DNA from: Octopus vulgaris
Lineage: Eukaryota
Length of the DNA stretch: 64,000 nt
Assembly: GCA_951406725.2 (NCBI GenBank)
Contig: OX597827.1
Coordinates: 29,388,001-29,452,000 of the forward strand
Direction of reading: 5' to 3'
Part shown: piece after piece, positions 15,820 to 29,701 of the stretch
How positions within the stretch are numbered: position 1 is the stretch's first letter
Layout: each line of letters starts with the position of its first letter
Position numbers and translations under genes: made by a program
The notes under the pieces: model-generated
Told to the model about the DNA's origin: nothing
What the model saw: only the letters and a program-made list of their open reading frames with translations
Database searches by the model: none

Positions 15820-16547
15820 GAGAAAGCGAAAAGTCCAAAGAAGAAGGAGGAAAATAACCAGCGGCCCACGTTTGGTTACATTTCTGAAGTCAATATACAT
15901 CTATGTATTTGTTTAGCAAGGTTCCTAAAGTGAAACTGATGCTGCTATATTTCGGGATGGTCGTTTTCTTTTTCTCTTCTTCTTTTTCTCTGAACTAATC
16001 CAAAAACATTTGCTCCTCCAGTTTAAGAATCGTTGAACAAGACATACTCTCATTTATACGAAAGCGAGCCAAGCTAAAATTAAATTAATTCCAATTTCTA
16101 TTGTGGAACAATCATTTTTTTTTTGTCTGACTCAGAAGGTTCGCATTGCTCGTCACTGAAAAGACTAAATCAGGTCAAAACAGCGGCGTTCTCAGCGAAA
16201 CACCATGTTTTTTAACGCAAATAATCTCTTCAAGAGGTTTCTCAGAGGCAATATATTACAGCTAGTGTTATTCCACGTTTGTATGTAAACTTTGTTACAC
16301 TCCAGTAATTCAACCCTAGTCCATTTCAAGTGCATATATTAATTTAATTGTAGCTTTGCTAGCTATGGCAAACATCTCTAAAGTCTTACTTGCTGATTTT
16401 TATAATAGAGCAAGCATTACTGATTTAACCCAAAACGACTGGTGTATTCAAATAGGATAGAAACAACGCTCATAATAAAGAAACGAGGTCCGTCACGTTT
16501 ATATACGGCTGTGTGTGTGAGTATGCGCGCGCAAGGATGCGTGTGTG

Positions 16548-16799
16548 AAGGAACGAGGCTTAGTGATGAGAATTTTGTACTCAACATTGCTAGATTGTGG
16601 GTTCGATTCCCCGACAGGGCAGCGCGTTATGTTCTTGAGAAAAAACTTCATTTTATGTTGCCCCTAAACCCCCTTTCGATCGGGGAGGGGTGTTGCCCTG
16701 CTCGCCTAGGCGGCTGAGTGGTGTCTTTTGAAGACTAAAACAATGCAAAAAGTACATTGTGACCACCGACGTGTAACAACATCTGTTAGCCTGGTCGGT

Positions 16800-16807
<8 letters not shown>
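16548..16807 (+). mobile_element. tRNA-derived SINE sharing its 3' tail with the SINE at 47741-48043
   Basis: B box GGGTTCGATTCCCC; tail TTTGAAGACTAAAACAATGCAAA..CATTGTGACCA..TAGCCTGGTCGG matches the reverse complement of ~47745-47845. Confidence 0.65.
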
Positions 16808-16844
<37 letters not shown>

Positions 16845-16853
16845 TATATGCAC

Positions 16854-16892
<39 letters not shown>

Positions 16893-17052
16893 ACGGACTT
16901 CTTTCAGTTTCCGTCTATCACTCAATTCACAAGGCTTTGATTGGCCTGAGGCTATAGTAGAAAACATTTGCCCAAGGTGCCACCCAGTGGGACTGAACCC
17001 GGAACCACATGGATGGAAAGCTAGCTTCTTACCACACAACCACGCTTGCACC
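16893..17052 (-). mobile_element. SINE family B 5' half with intact head
   Basis: Minus strand GGTGCAAGCGTGGTTGTGTGGTAAGAAGCTAGC..GGTTCCGGGTTCAGTCCCACT..GACGGAAACTGAAAGAAG. Confidence 0.75.
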
Positions 17053-17059
17053 TTTATCG

Positions 17060-17163
<104 letters not shown>

Positions 17164-17297
17164 TATATAAGTATATATATATGTATGTATATATATATAT
17201 ATATATATATATGTAAATAGTAATGCAATACGAGAGTATATATATATGTAAATGTATGTATATATGTATAATTATATATATATATATATATGTATGT

Positions 17298-17373
<76 letters not shown>

Positions 17374-18121
17374 TGGTGGGTGTGTATTGACACAGAAAAC
17401 ATACCACTTTCCGTCTTTTTTTCTTTTCCTCTTCTAAGCTTCCTATTTGATGTTCACTCTGCATCCAATAGCATTCCACTCCCTCACGTCTGACACGCCC
17501 AGACCCCTGTTCGCTCTTTCCAGCATCACTCACATCTGAAATTCTTCAGTTCTGGACACAGCGATCCTGTCTCTCCAAACGACTTTCCTATGATGTTGCC
17601 CGATCCGTGTCCCCGCCCCACGATACAACCAACCACTTAACCTCCTCCATCCCACTTCCTCCCTTTCATCTTCGTCTTCTTCAGACTATTACGTACATTA
17701 TTTGCTTTATTTTTTCTTTATTTATTTATTCATTTTTTTTTACCTCTTGTCGAAAATTCGTTACTACTTCAGAGAAGACAAACTTCTCATTCATCTTCCG
17801 CAACTCTCGACAATTCTGTGCTTCACACGATGTCCGCCACCACCACGACCACAACAACAACAGCAACAGCTCCTGCCATCACCACAATCATCATCATCTC
17901 CTTCTTTTTCTCCTTCTTCCTCTTCCTCTTCTTCTTTACCCACCTCTACTCCTCATTGTCATTATTTCCTTGATTCACTTCCTCTTCCTTCTCCCCCTCT
18001 TCCCATCATCATTTCCACCTTCATTTCAAACTACCTCTTCAGTTACCTCTTTTAGCCATTTGTCTTCCATTCTGTCTTCCCACCAGCCTTCGTCTCACTA
18101 TATGTATGTACAACGAAAAAC

Positions 18122-18209
<88 letters not shown>

Positions 18210-18280
18210 GATGGATGGATGGATGGATGGATGGATGGATGGATGGATGGATGAACGGATGACTAGATAGATAGAAAATT

Positions 18281-21200
18281 CACATCGATAATGCTCTTCT
18301 CTGTACGTGTCACGTACCAGTTAAGACAATCTTCTGCATTTCCTGCATGGATGGTAAACTACGAATCATTCTTAATTTTCAGTTCTCTTTTTCCTCATTC
18401 CAACAGCTTGTACAGTCACTGCTACTGTAACCATCTTGAGATGCTACATCATTTTGACTTCGATTAGCAAATCTTTATATTTTCTGAGCTTATCAAATTC
18501 TTTTGCCGAGATATAATCGTCACATGGTATGCTCACGTCAATCAATAAACAGACTTTATTGTTTTGGTCTTTCACAACATCTGGTTTATTTGCTTTGATG
18601 GTCAGGTCTGTAGATACTGGAAAGTTCCAAAGAATCGTCACATTCTCTCACCCAGTTACAGCCTTAGGGTGATGCTTGTACTATTTGTCAGCAGTTTTGA
18701 TTTTACAATGCCGACACATTATCCAATGTAGATATTGGCAAATTATGTCATGTCTTGATTTGTACTCTATAGGTGCTAATACCTTACATCCAGAGATTAA
18801 GCGGTCTACTGTTTCAATACAATCGTTACAGTATCGGCACTTTGGGTCTACACCATTTTTCATTGCGTCGGCTTGATAGTTCCGGGTCAATAAGCTCTGA
18901 TCATGAGCAGCCAAGATAAGCCCTTCTCTCTCTGCCGTTAGTCCTCTACTCCATAGCCACTGATGGCTGTTCTTCTGCTCTACATCAGCTTGTTTGCTGC
19001 GGGCCATATATTTGCAATGCGGAGGTTTTTGTTCCTACCTATCGACCAATTGTTCAAACGATTTGCTTTGCGTTTGATTTCGCCTTCTTTGCAACTACAG
19101 TTGTCGTACATCCATCATGCTGCTCAACCTGGGTATTATGCATAAACTCTCTTGAAATATTTTACTCTCCTTCATAACAGAATGAAGCTTCTTACATCTT
19201 TCATGGTTTTCAACGAGCTTTAGCATCCAGTCGTTCGATGTTTCAATATATTTTGCCAGTCCAATTGTGGTGGTTCTGTAGATTTCAAATTGGACCAAGC
19301 TTCGACCTCTTTGAGCTCTGGGTAGGTAAAGACGTTCTGCGTCTGCCTTTGGGTGGTGCATCCTATTGCAAGTCAGTAGCTTACGGATTTTCCTGCTATT
19401 CTTCCTTATTTCGCTCATGTTCCAGTTCAATACATTGAAACTGTAAAAAACAACTGGAACTGCTAAGGAATTTATAGCTAACACCTTGTTACGTGCATTT
19501 AACTCGGATTTTAGGACTGCTCGAATTTTCCTGTAACACATCCTTCATGATCTTCTCTTTCATCCTTGCATGTTGAATGCCAGAGCCCTCGTTCATTCCG
19601 GAGTATTTGTATGTTTGTTCCTACTCGAGTCCTTTTATGACTAAGTCAACAACCAACACCACGGAATGTGAGGTCTTCAATTTCCCTTTCTGGAAAGTGA
19701 CCTTGGCACATTTATCAAGACCAAATTATCCCAATGTCATCACTGAATACTTTCACAGTACGTAGTAGTCCTTCAAGCTCGTCTTTGCCATATTATTTTA
19801 AGTCATCCATATAAAATAGATGACTTGTTTTCTTGTCGTCAATTTTATACCCATACCCTGTTCTCTTAAGTTCACTTGTAAATGGTATTAGGGTCATGCA
19901 GAAAATTATAGGTAAAAGTGAGTCACCTTGGGAAATGCCGTAGTTGATATCAATATTTCTGTGGTCAGTACTCCATTAGAGTCATGGGGAGTTTGAAATC
20001 ACAGGAGAAATGTTGAATATATCCAGTGATGCCAAAATCCATGAATGCAGTGTGCTGTTAAAGGCCTTTTTTATAATCAATCCGTGCGGAAATGAGATTT
20101 CTGTGTTTGTTATGACATTTCTCAAGAATCATACGACTGATTAAGAGTTGGTCTTTGTATCCATATGAGCCTCGTCGGCACCATTTTTTTCCAGTGGGAA
20201 AATATCGTTCTGTTCCATAAATTTGTATGTTTTCTCCGCGAGGATGGATGTTAAAATCTTTTACGTGATAGACAGACATGTTATGGGCCGATCGTTTTGG
20301 GGAAATTTGGTTTCATTATTCTTCGGGAATAGGTAAGTGATACCTCTTGCTAACCAATCAGGTGTTTTCGTAGGATCTCTCATAATTTCATTGAATAGCT
20401 GGATTAACTTTTGTGTACACATAGGAACGAGGCGAGCCAGAAATTTGGCACCTTATCATTACAAGGAGATTTCCAATTATGAACCTTCGTGTGTGTCATC
20501 CTTAGGTCTGCTATTGTGATGTCTTCCCATGTTTGGTCTGGTAAGTTTTGGTACGATCTTTCTGTGTCTCTAATCCAGTCTGCATTTTCATTGTAAGTCT
20601 TTTCATTACTCCAGATATTTTTCCAGAATTTTCAACTTCTTCCATGGCAGGGGCTGGGGTTTCAACGGTTGCTTCCCTATATCTTTGTAGAATGTTTTCG
20701 CATTGTCTGTGAACAGCTTATTTTGCTTATAAAATTTGTTTCTCTTCTCAAATCTTCGTATTCTTTGAGCTTTTTGTTGCAGTGTTTCTTTTGTTGAAAG
20801 CAGTTCTTCTCTTGGTGAGAATCTATATTTTATCTTCTTTCTTTCTTTTCTGGTTTTTACATCGTTTCCACAGATTAGATTATTCAGGATTGATATTTCA
20901 CTTCCCATTATTTTAATCTCTTTTTCAATTTTATTTTTCCAGTTTGGAATTCTTCTGAGGTTTTTATGTCTTTGTTTTTTCAGAGACTTGCAACTGGTTT
21001 CAATTGTCATAGCAACTGCGTAAATAATTTCATTTAATTCCCTGAAATCTGTTTTAATTCTTGTATGATTTCTTTTGTTACAGAGTTTCCAATTTTAATT
21101 TGTTTTCTATTTTGGATTGTATTTAAGAGTTTATGAAGTAGTTCTCTACCATGCTTATTGGCGTGTCTTATAACTGCAAGCCTAGTGAGGCTTTTCTGCT

Positions 21201-21850
21201 TCAGTTCTATCTTAGACTCTCTGTGTTCTTCAGTAAATGTGTAGTTTTCAAATATTGTTTCTTTATCACTTTAACTCGCTATCTTTATCAGGTTCATTAA
21301 AATTTATTTCTCCAGACGTTTGAGTGTTCTGGTCAGATGGCAGCCTTTCAATTGAGATTTGTGGAGAGTTGTTCCCTTCGCCTGGTTCTTCATTTCCTTT
21401 CTGTCTTACATTTAGATAATTTTCCATTGCGTGCTTGATCGCGGTTATTTCACTATCTGTGAGTCTTATTTCTGAAGATATCCCTCCGAATATTTTCTAC
21501 ATTGTTTTCGTCCAAATATAGTCTGCTGTCTTGATTTCGTGTTTTCCATATTTGATAAGAATTTGCGGTGTATTTCTCTTCAGATAACTTGCCTAACGCA
21601 TAATAATAGGCGTTTAATTACTTCTGTATACTCTTATCAGGTCCATGTGATCCTCTATTTTATTTTTATGGGTGTGGTGGGGAACTTGGAGGTTTCGAGA
21701 TGGAGCAATTCCCGTTCAAGTGACCATCCAGGTTCGTATTCAGAGAAGAGCTTATGCCAGTGGTTCGACCCCAGAATCACTCTCTCCTGGGGGACGCGAT
21801 CGGACAAGCGATTTGGAATACTGTTGTAGGTTTCCTTTCTGTTTCGTAAG
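18281..21850 (-). mobile_element. Decayed non-LTR retrotransposon, RLE type (R4/Dong-like)
   Basis: Broken ORF pieces in order: RIRRFEKRNKFYKQNKLF; GSYGYKDQLLI..IDYKK; QGDSL (~19915-19930); LFYMDDLK (~19797-19820); HHPKADAERLYLPR; zinc finger CRYC..ETVDRLISGC; RHD; KPDVV..LIDVSIP; C-terminal MQKIVLTGT. 5' boundary approximate. Confidence 0.9.
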
Positions 21851-21949
21851 ACATATTTGTGCTACATTAAAATTCTAAGTATTGAGTCTTGTGTGGCAGA
21901 TGTAGAGACGATTCTTGTCTCTGCCACTATTGTCAACTCAGCCATTAAT

Positions 21950-24290
21950 GGGTGAAGAAGTAAGACATAAAGTGCCAACATTAAACGGCACCAACAGAAA
22001 GAAGCTGCTAAAATGACTAGGGAAGTATATTCTGTTAACAGCAGGATAGATACAAAAATATAGGAGAAACTAACTTATTGATCTATGCATGAGGGGTAGT
22101 GGTCAGGAGAAGATTAGATATCTCACAGGGAAAGATCTGAAAGGGCAAATATGGAAAAGGAGACTTCAAAATAAAGTAAAGACTTTTAGAGAAGATCCGA
22201 GTAGAATAGAAGCCTGAAAACGGAACAAGTTGAGAAACACAAGATACCAATCTTCCCTTGAGAAAAGATACTTAGTCAAAAAGAAAAGATTTGGCCCAGT
22301 AATAGAAGAGTTGAAACAGCGTATCATAAAAGTAAGAGGCAAGCTTTGCAGATATCAGAAAAGAATAAATCAGTATCAACAGAATAGATTATTTGAGACC
22401 GACCACAAGAGATGTTATAACTAAATAAATAGTAGACAACGGAGTACTGAAGATGAGAAATCTAATGCAGGAGAAGCTAGAAAGTTCTGGAGTAATATTT
22501 GGGAGAAACCAGTCAATCATAATGGAGATGCAGTATGGTTAAAGAAAGTGAGGGAAGAAATAGTGAGTGAGAAACAGCCCGATCTAAGATTAACTAGTGC
22601 ATTAATGAGTAAAGTGTTAGGAAAATGCCGAATTGGGAGGGCCCGGGATCAGATTTAGTTCAAGGGTACTGGCTAAAGAAATTTCGTACTTTACATGGGA
22701 GGCTGAGGGAACAACTTTTCAAGATTGCTGTAATGGAGGAATAATACCAGATTGGATGACTAGAGGGAGGACAATAATTATTATGAAAGATAAGAGCAAG
22801 AGTAATGCAGCTGGTAACTATAGACAAATCACCTGCTTACCATTAGTGTGGAAGCTGTTAACAGGAATGCTTTTAAAAAGCATTTACGAGGACCTTACCA
22901 ATCAAGAAGAATTTACAACCAGAAGAACAGAAAGGTGGCAGGAAGAAGGCTAGAGGAACGAATGATCTATTATACATAGACAAAGTTTTTTCTAAATGAA
23001 GTAAACATTAGAAATAAATATCTAACAATAGCATGGATAGATTATGGGAATGCCTAATGACATGATCCCACACTCATGGATGAGTGGATGTTTGAGTATG
23101 TTCGATATAGCAGAAAACATAATTAGCTTAGCATGAAGAAATGGACAGTAGCCAACAGCGAAGGCATCTTATTACCAGATGGCCAGACATTAAAATCTTT
23201 GAAAGGAGGAGATAGTTATAAGTATCTAAGAGTATTAGAATCTGGCAGAGTACTTACTATAGAAATGAAAACAAAAATTGCGGAGTGCATTAGAAGTGTG
23301 AGGAAGCCAATGAAGTCAAAGTTAAATGGTCCGAATCTAGTGAAGGCTGTAAATACTAAGGCAGTATCATTACTTAGACAATACAGCAGCTTTTGTAGAT
23401 TGGACGAAAACTGAATTAGCAAAACCAGACAGAAGAACTAGGAAGGAACTCAATGAATGGAGGGTTTATGAAATGGGTTTTATATCAATAGAAGACTACG
23501 CGGAGTTAGCTATGTAGGTAATAGTGAAGAAAGTTTATTAAAATCTGCTAGAATCACAGTAAGGCATAGGGATATCAAAAACCTAAACGAAGTTAAAAAC
23601 CAGAACAAAGAACAGAAATTATCTGACTGGCAGAAGACATTGCATGGTAGATTTCTAAGGATAGTTGCAGTACATAGTAATGAGATATGACTATGGTTGC
23701 AGAAGGGAAAGCTGAAGAGGGAGACAGAAAGTAGCTACATAAGATCAAGCATTAAGGACTAATTTGATAAAAAGCAAGATAGACAAAAACCAAGTAGATT
23801 CCCAATGTATGTTATGCAAATTAAAAGAGGAAAGTTTTACTCATATAGAAAGTGGATGTAGCATGCTAACACAGAAAGAATACAAGAAAAGACATGACGA
23901 CCTAGAGAGAGTAATCCACTGGGAGTTATGTAGAAAGCTAAGATTTGAACATACTAATAAATGGTATGAACATGAACCTAGTAAAGTAATAGAAAGTAAG
24001 AAATATAAGATATTGTGGGACATTAAAATTCAGACTGACAGAATAATAGAAGCTAGAAGGCCTGATTTAGTGGTAGAAGATAAAGAGAATAGAAAGTGCG
24101 AGATAAGTGACTTTACAGTCCCAAATTATGTAAACAAAAATCACTATGAGAGGTATAGTAAATGTAAGAAAGTACCAGGGCCTAGCCATTGAATTACAGA
24201 AACTATGGAACGGTCGTGGTACTTACAGAGACTATGGAAGCAATAATAAGGACAAGAACAAATATTTTTCTTTAAATTTCTAATACAGAC
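21950..24290 (+). mobile_element. Second decayed R4/Dong-like LINE (different subfamily) lacking the RT core
   Basis: YQKRINQYQQNRLF; DWMTRGRT..GNYRQITCLPLVWKLLTG; DMIPHSW; YKYLRVLE; CMLC..ESFTHIESGC; KRHD; RRPDLVV. No QGD or YMDD motifs found. Confidence 0.9.
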
Positions 24291-25195
24291 ATAAGGAATG
24301 ATCTTCACCATGATCTTCGCCACTGCCACAACCAACACCACCATCAGCACCACCACCGCCCTCACTACCACTACCAACGTCGTCGTCATCGCCACCATCA
24401 TCATTATTCTTATCATATTTCCATTGATCTTTACACAACTTTACTCTCTTACCAATGAACGAGTAGAGACTTCTACACAGTCGTCCAATCTGCTGGAAAC
24501 AGCAGCGAAGTGTCCTACTCTCCCCATACACACACACACACACACGCCTTGACATTAAAAGCGGATTAATTTGACAGTCCTGCCCCTGATACACAAAACA
24601 TATGGGCAGGGCACGGTTGGAATTTCTTTGATCATAGGTCTGCATAAACAGGGCTGACCTGATTCTAACCAAAATCAACAACAGCCATCGATCATCCAAC
24701 ACCCCTTTACGCCTCGAACCCGGCATCACCATGTCTTGACATCATCACATTTTTTTTCATTATTTCTTTTTCTTTCATTCTAAGCTTCATGTCTTATCTA
24801 CGTTTCTCTCTTTCTCTCGATCTCATTTATCTTCACTTAAATACTTGAGAAACTTCTTTTTCTTAATGCCATTTCCTCTTTCTTATCTTTTCCCACACAT
24901 AAAACCAGCCGCCCAACCAACCAGCCTAGAGCCTTCATCCATGGGGCCGCATCAGTAAACCTTTTACGCTTCCCAGCAGGGCTCCTTTTTCTACTTCTCT
25001 ATGCTTGTTTGTGTGCGTGTATACGTGTATGTGTGTGTTTATGTGTGCGCATGTGTGTGTGCGCGCGTGTGTGTGTGTGCGTGTATGTGCGTATGTGTGT
25101 GTGCGTGTGTGTAATGTGGTTTTAATCGAAGACTATGTTTACATTATATGTGTGTGTGAGTGTTTGTATGTATGCACATACCGTATATATACATA

Positions 25196-25250
<55 letters not shown>

Positions 25251-25251
<1 letters not shown>

Positions 25252-25325
25252 TAGCATTAAAGACCCGTCGTTGCCGGGTCATAGTGCTAGTGCATGTATA
25301 TATGTGTATATATATGTGTACATAT

Positions 25326-25416
<91 letters not shown>

Positions 25417-26666
25417 AACGGCAGTTTGTCTGTGTGTGTTTCTGTGTGTCTGTTAGGTTGTACCCTCACCCTGACCACGGCTTTCAACCGATTCTGATGA
25501 AACTTGACACACACATAGCCCAATGTCATAATTCAAAACTAACGCAGCGAAAATTTTGAAAAGTTCCTCCAGTTCTGAAAAAAATCGATAATTTCGACAT
25601 GGGGTCGAGAATCAGTTAACTAAAAAAAAATTACCATCATTTTTTTTCCGTTTTGGGGCTATAACTCTCTAAAAATGCTTTATAGTTATTTCCCTTACAA
25701 ACCCGAGCAACGCCGGGCGATACTGCTAGTATACACATAAAATACAAAATACAAACTTATATCTTGATATCTCTAGTGATAACAATACTCAAAATATATA
25801 ACAGACTGGAATTGTTAGCCCGTCTCTTGTAATTTCGATCAATTGCATCTTGTCCTCCCTCTTGTATAGAAGTGTGGCTACAATCCAGCCTACCACTACT
25901 TCGGGGAGGGGGGCATTTTTCATTTTTTTCCGGGACGTCCTACGTTCCAGATATTAAGGTAAAAATAAAATATTTCCACTTTGCAAGGTTCGAGTCGAGT
26001 ACTCCCTTGATCGCTCCGTTGACTCGAGCCTTGCTTCTATTGTGGCGAATTTACCGCCTCTGATTAGATATCTTTCATAGTCGCACCAAGACACTTTTCG
26101 AAGGTGCTTTCCTCCATGTGTTCAAATCTTTTCTTTTTTTCTCTACACTGTATACTTTATAGACAATAGTCTTTTCTTTAATTTGATTTTTTATTATCCA
26201 TCTGGACTATTCCATTTCTGCACGCTAATTTCATTTTTAATTTAATTCCATTCATGTGGAACCACTTATTCAAGTTCAATTCATTGATGCAACTTTATAC
26301 CAATTGCTATTTTTACTTTTGTTATGTTACGATTATATTATACTTTAGTTTGATTTTAATTATTACTTACTACATATAATTCAATTGTTATTATTATTTT
26401 TATTGTTAAAGTGAAAGTATCAGACATAAAATAGAGAAATATTTTTGTTTCACTTTTCACACGTAATACTGAAATAGTGGAGAAGATATGATATTGCTAT
26501 GGGCTCGCTCTAGGCAAGAAGTTGAACATTCTTTTTGCCCATGAAACTACATGGACCCTAAGTAAGGCATGTGTAAAATTTGAATGAAATTAGATGTGTA
26601 GTTCTCAAGTTTTAGGGAAACACACAGACAGACAGACACACATTCTCAGTTTTATATATATAAAGA
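25251..26666 (-). mobile_element. Non-autonomous Helitron, family H1 copy 1
   Basis: Minus strand A|TCTTTATATAT 5' end; 3' hairpin GACCCGGCAACGACGGGTC then CTAG|T; paralogous to 34177-35775. Confidence 0.8.
25400..25729 (+). mobile_element. Short non-autonomous Helitron nested in H1 copy 1
   Basis: Ends CCCGAGCAACGCCGGG-CGATACTG-CTAG|T; absent at the equivalent site of copy 2 (~34260); 5' end lost in (TA)n. Confidence 0.75.
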
Positions 26667-26692
26667 TATATATATATGTATATGTATGTATG

Positions 26693-26759
<67 letters not shown>

Positions 26760-26762
<3 letters not shown>

Positions 26763-28225
26763 CATACATACCCACACACTCGCATGCATCCCTACCCACA
26801 TACATACACGCACACTTACTCACACACGCACATACACACACACACACATACACACACGCACATACACACACACACACATACCCGCACACACACACACACA
26901 CAGACATACACCCATACACTCACACTCACACGCATACACACACACACATACACACGCACACGTACACATACACACACACACACACCTACATACATACATT
27001 ACACTTGTACACACACACACTTACATTCATACACACACACACCTACACAGCCATACCCTCACTCAGACACACACACCTACCTACACACACACACAAACAC
27101 ACACAGACACACACCCATACATACATACATCTACACACACACGCCTACACACATACATACACACATACATAAACACACACACATACACATACACACACAT
27201 ACGCACACACACATATACTTATACACATGCACACACACACACATACATACATACACCCATACACATAAACACACACATACCTACATACTCCTATACGCAC
27301 ATACATACACACAGACATACACACATACACACACACACAAACATACACACACACATACTTACACACACACTCGCCTGCACGCGCACACACATGCATGACA
27401 AACACCCATACACTCACACTCACATACGCACACACCAACATAAACACGCACACGCACACACACACCTACACTCCCACACACATACATACGCACCTACATA
27501 CACACACGCACGCATACACACGCACACACACGCATACACACATACATTACACACGTACACACACACCTACATACACATGCATACACACACACACAAACAT
27601 GCGGGGCGCACCCAGACATACATACATACACCTATATACACACGCCCACACACCTACATATACACACATACATACACACACATACACGGACACACCCATA
27701 CATACTTACATACATACACCTATACACACACGCCTACACACCTACATACACACACATGCATACACACATGTACGCACATACACACACATATACGCACATA
27801 CATATATACCCACACACATGCACACACACACACATACGCACATGCATGCATGCATGCACACGCGCACACCTACACGCATACACACACACACACGCACGTA
27901 CACATACATACATACACACACACATACATACACCCATACACATACATGCATCCTACACACACATACATACACACTCACACATACACACACACACTCACTC
28001 ACACACCTGTATGTACGCGCACACACATGCACATACACACACTTCCACACACCCACACGTACATACATACACACTCATACACATACACACACACACACAC
28101 ACGGACATACATCTATGCACACACATATATACACACATACTCACATACATTCATCGGACACACTGACACCCAGACATACACACAGACACACTCACACATC
28201 CACACACATACATACTTACGCGCAT
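26760..28225. repeat. ~1.5-kb degenerate (CA)/(CATA) low-complexity tract
   Basis: Cryptic CA-rich simple sequence; produces the 576-aa and 362-aa His/Thr ORFs. Confidence 0.9.
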
Positions 28226-28970
28226 ACTCGCAGGCGCGCGCACACACGCGCTTGCGCCGGTTCGCGCACGCATACGCGCTGCATGCACCTCGCTCTTGGA
28301 CCCGACGAGACCTCCCGCTCGTTCCTGGGACCGTCGCTTGTCGTTGGGTTCTCCCACGCCCGTCTCCGCGGGACCACTCTTCCATCTTCCCCTCAGCTGG
28401 AGTCCTTTTTCCTTAACCCCCCCTTTTTTGTTACACACGCGCGCACACATATACACACCCACTCACACACACACATTGCTTAAATATATACATTACTCTT
28501 ACACACATTCAATCTACTCGCCATTAATACTACCACGACACTGGACACACACACACACTACTACTCAACACACGCTGGCACGCTACATACGCCCCCACCC
28601 CTTCCCCTCCCTCCCTTCCTCCTTCCTTCATTTTCTTACTACTGACCACTGTCTGCTATGCCTACTACTGTCTCGCCCTACCTCACACGCCTACACACAG
28701 ACGCACACACTAACACATACATATATTTTTTGTTTTTTTATCTCGCCTCACACACACATACACACACGCACACGCACACACTCACACATACACACACATC
28801 TGTTGCGTTACCAACCCTGTCTCCACTCTTTTGGCTTTAAAAACCTACTTTGCTCTTGTTATCGTAAACTTCCGCCTTTCACCATGTGTACTTCGTAAAC
28901 ACCAGTCGTTTTTTCTCCATCTCCTGTTGCCCGCTTTGGGATCTTTCTTTCCTCTCTCTTCCTTCTTTAT

Positions 28971-29005
28971 GTTTCCGACGAAGAGCTCCGCTCGAAACGT
29001 CATAC
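28971..29005 (+). ncRNA. Minimal hammerhead-like motif (PLE pseudo-LTR remnant ~28850-29100)
   Basis: GUUU-CCGACGA-A-GAGC-UCC-GCUC-GAAA-CG-UC-AUAC; same family as 15569. Confidence 0.6.
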
Positions 29006-29120
29006 CTTCCTGCTTCCATGTTTCCTGAGCGCCTATTAATAATAATACTGTAATTGTTCCACTGTTGTTGTTTTTTTGTTTTCCCGTTTGGATTAAAATT
29101 ATATATATATATATACATAC

Positions 29121-29233
<113 letters not shown>

Positions 29234-29234
29234 T

Positions 29235-29435
29235 GTATTCTTTTACTTGTTTCAGTTAATTGAGGGCGGCCATGCTGGAGCACCGCCGAGGTGTTTTAGT
29301 CGAACAAATCGACCCAGCACTTTTTTAAGCCTAGTACTCGTTTTATCTATCACATATGCTGAACTGCTAAGTAAACACACCAACACCAGTTGTCAAGCGG
29401 TATTGGGGGAACGAACGTAGACACAAAGACACACA
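29235..29435 (-). mobile_element. SINE family B 3' part
   Basis: Contains GCGGCCATGCTGGAGCACCGCC and AAGCCTAGTACT on the plus strand. Confidence 0.7.
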
Positions 29436-29465
29436 CATAAATATATACATATACATATATATGTA

Positions 29466-29701
29466 CATGCGGCTTTTTTTTCCAACAAATTTTATTTAAC
29501 AATACGATAACAGCATGTAACAAAAACATCTTTAAAGGATTATTACGGAGCATATTCACCATCTACTTCAATTACTCCTTCCCGTTTACTTAGCAGACGG
29601 TGAGACCGTCATTTAAAGATGTTTTTGTTAAATATTGTTATTGTTTATGTTGAATAAAATTCGTTGAGAAAAGGCCGCAATAGTTATGCACCAACCCAAT
29701 A
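29466..29701. mobile_element. Mariner-derived MITE
   Basis: Right end reverse complement TATTGGGTTGGTGCATAACTATTGCGGCC resembles the Hsmar1/MADE1-type TIR; ~70-bp imperfect inverted arms at 29467-29536 and 29611-29680; left tip missing. Confidence 0.65.

Noticed and set aside
26594-28483. Long ORFs of 576, 362 and 240 aa rich in His/Thr/Tyr
   Set aside because: Translations of a degenerate CA repeat that lacks stop codons; open in several frames.
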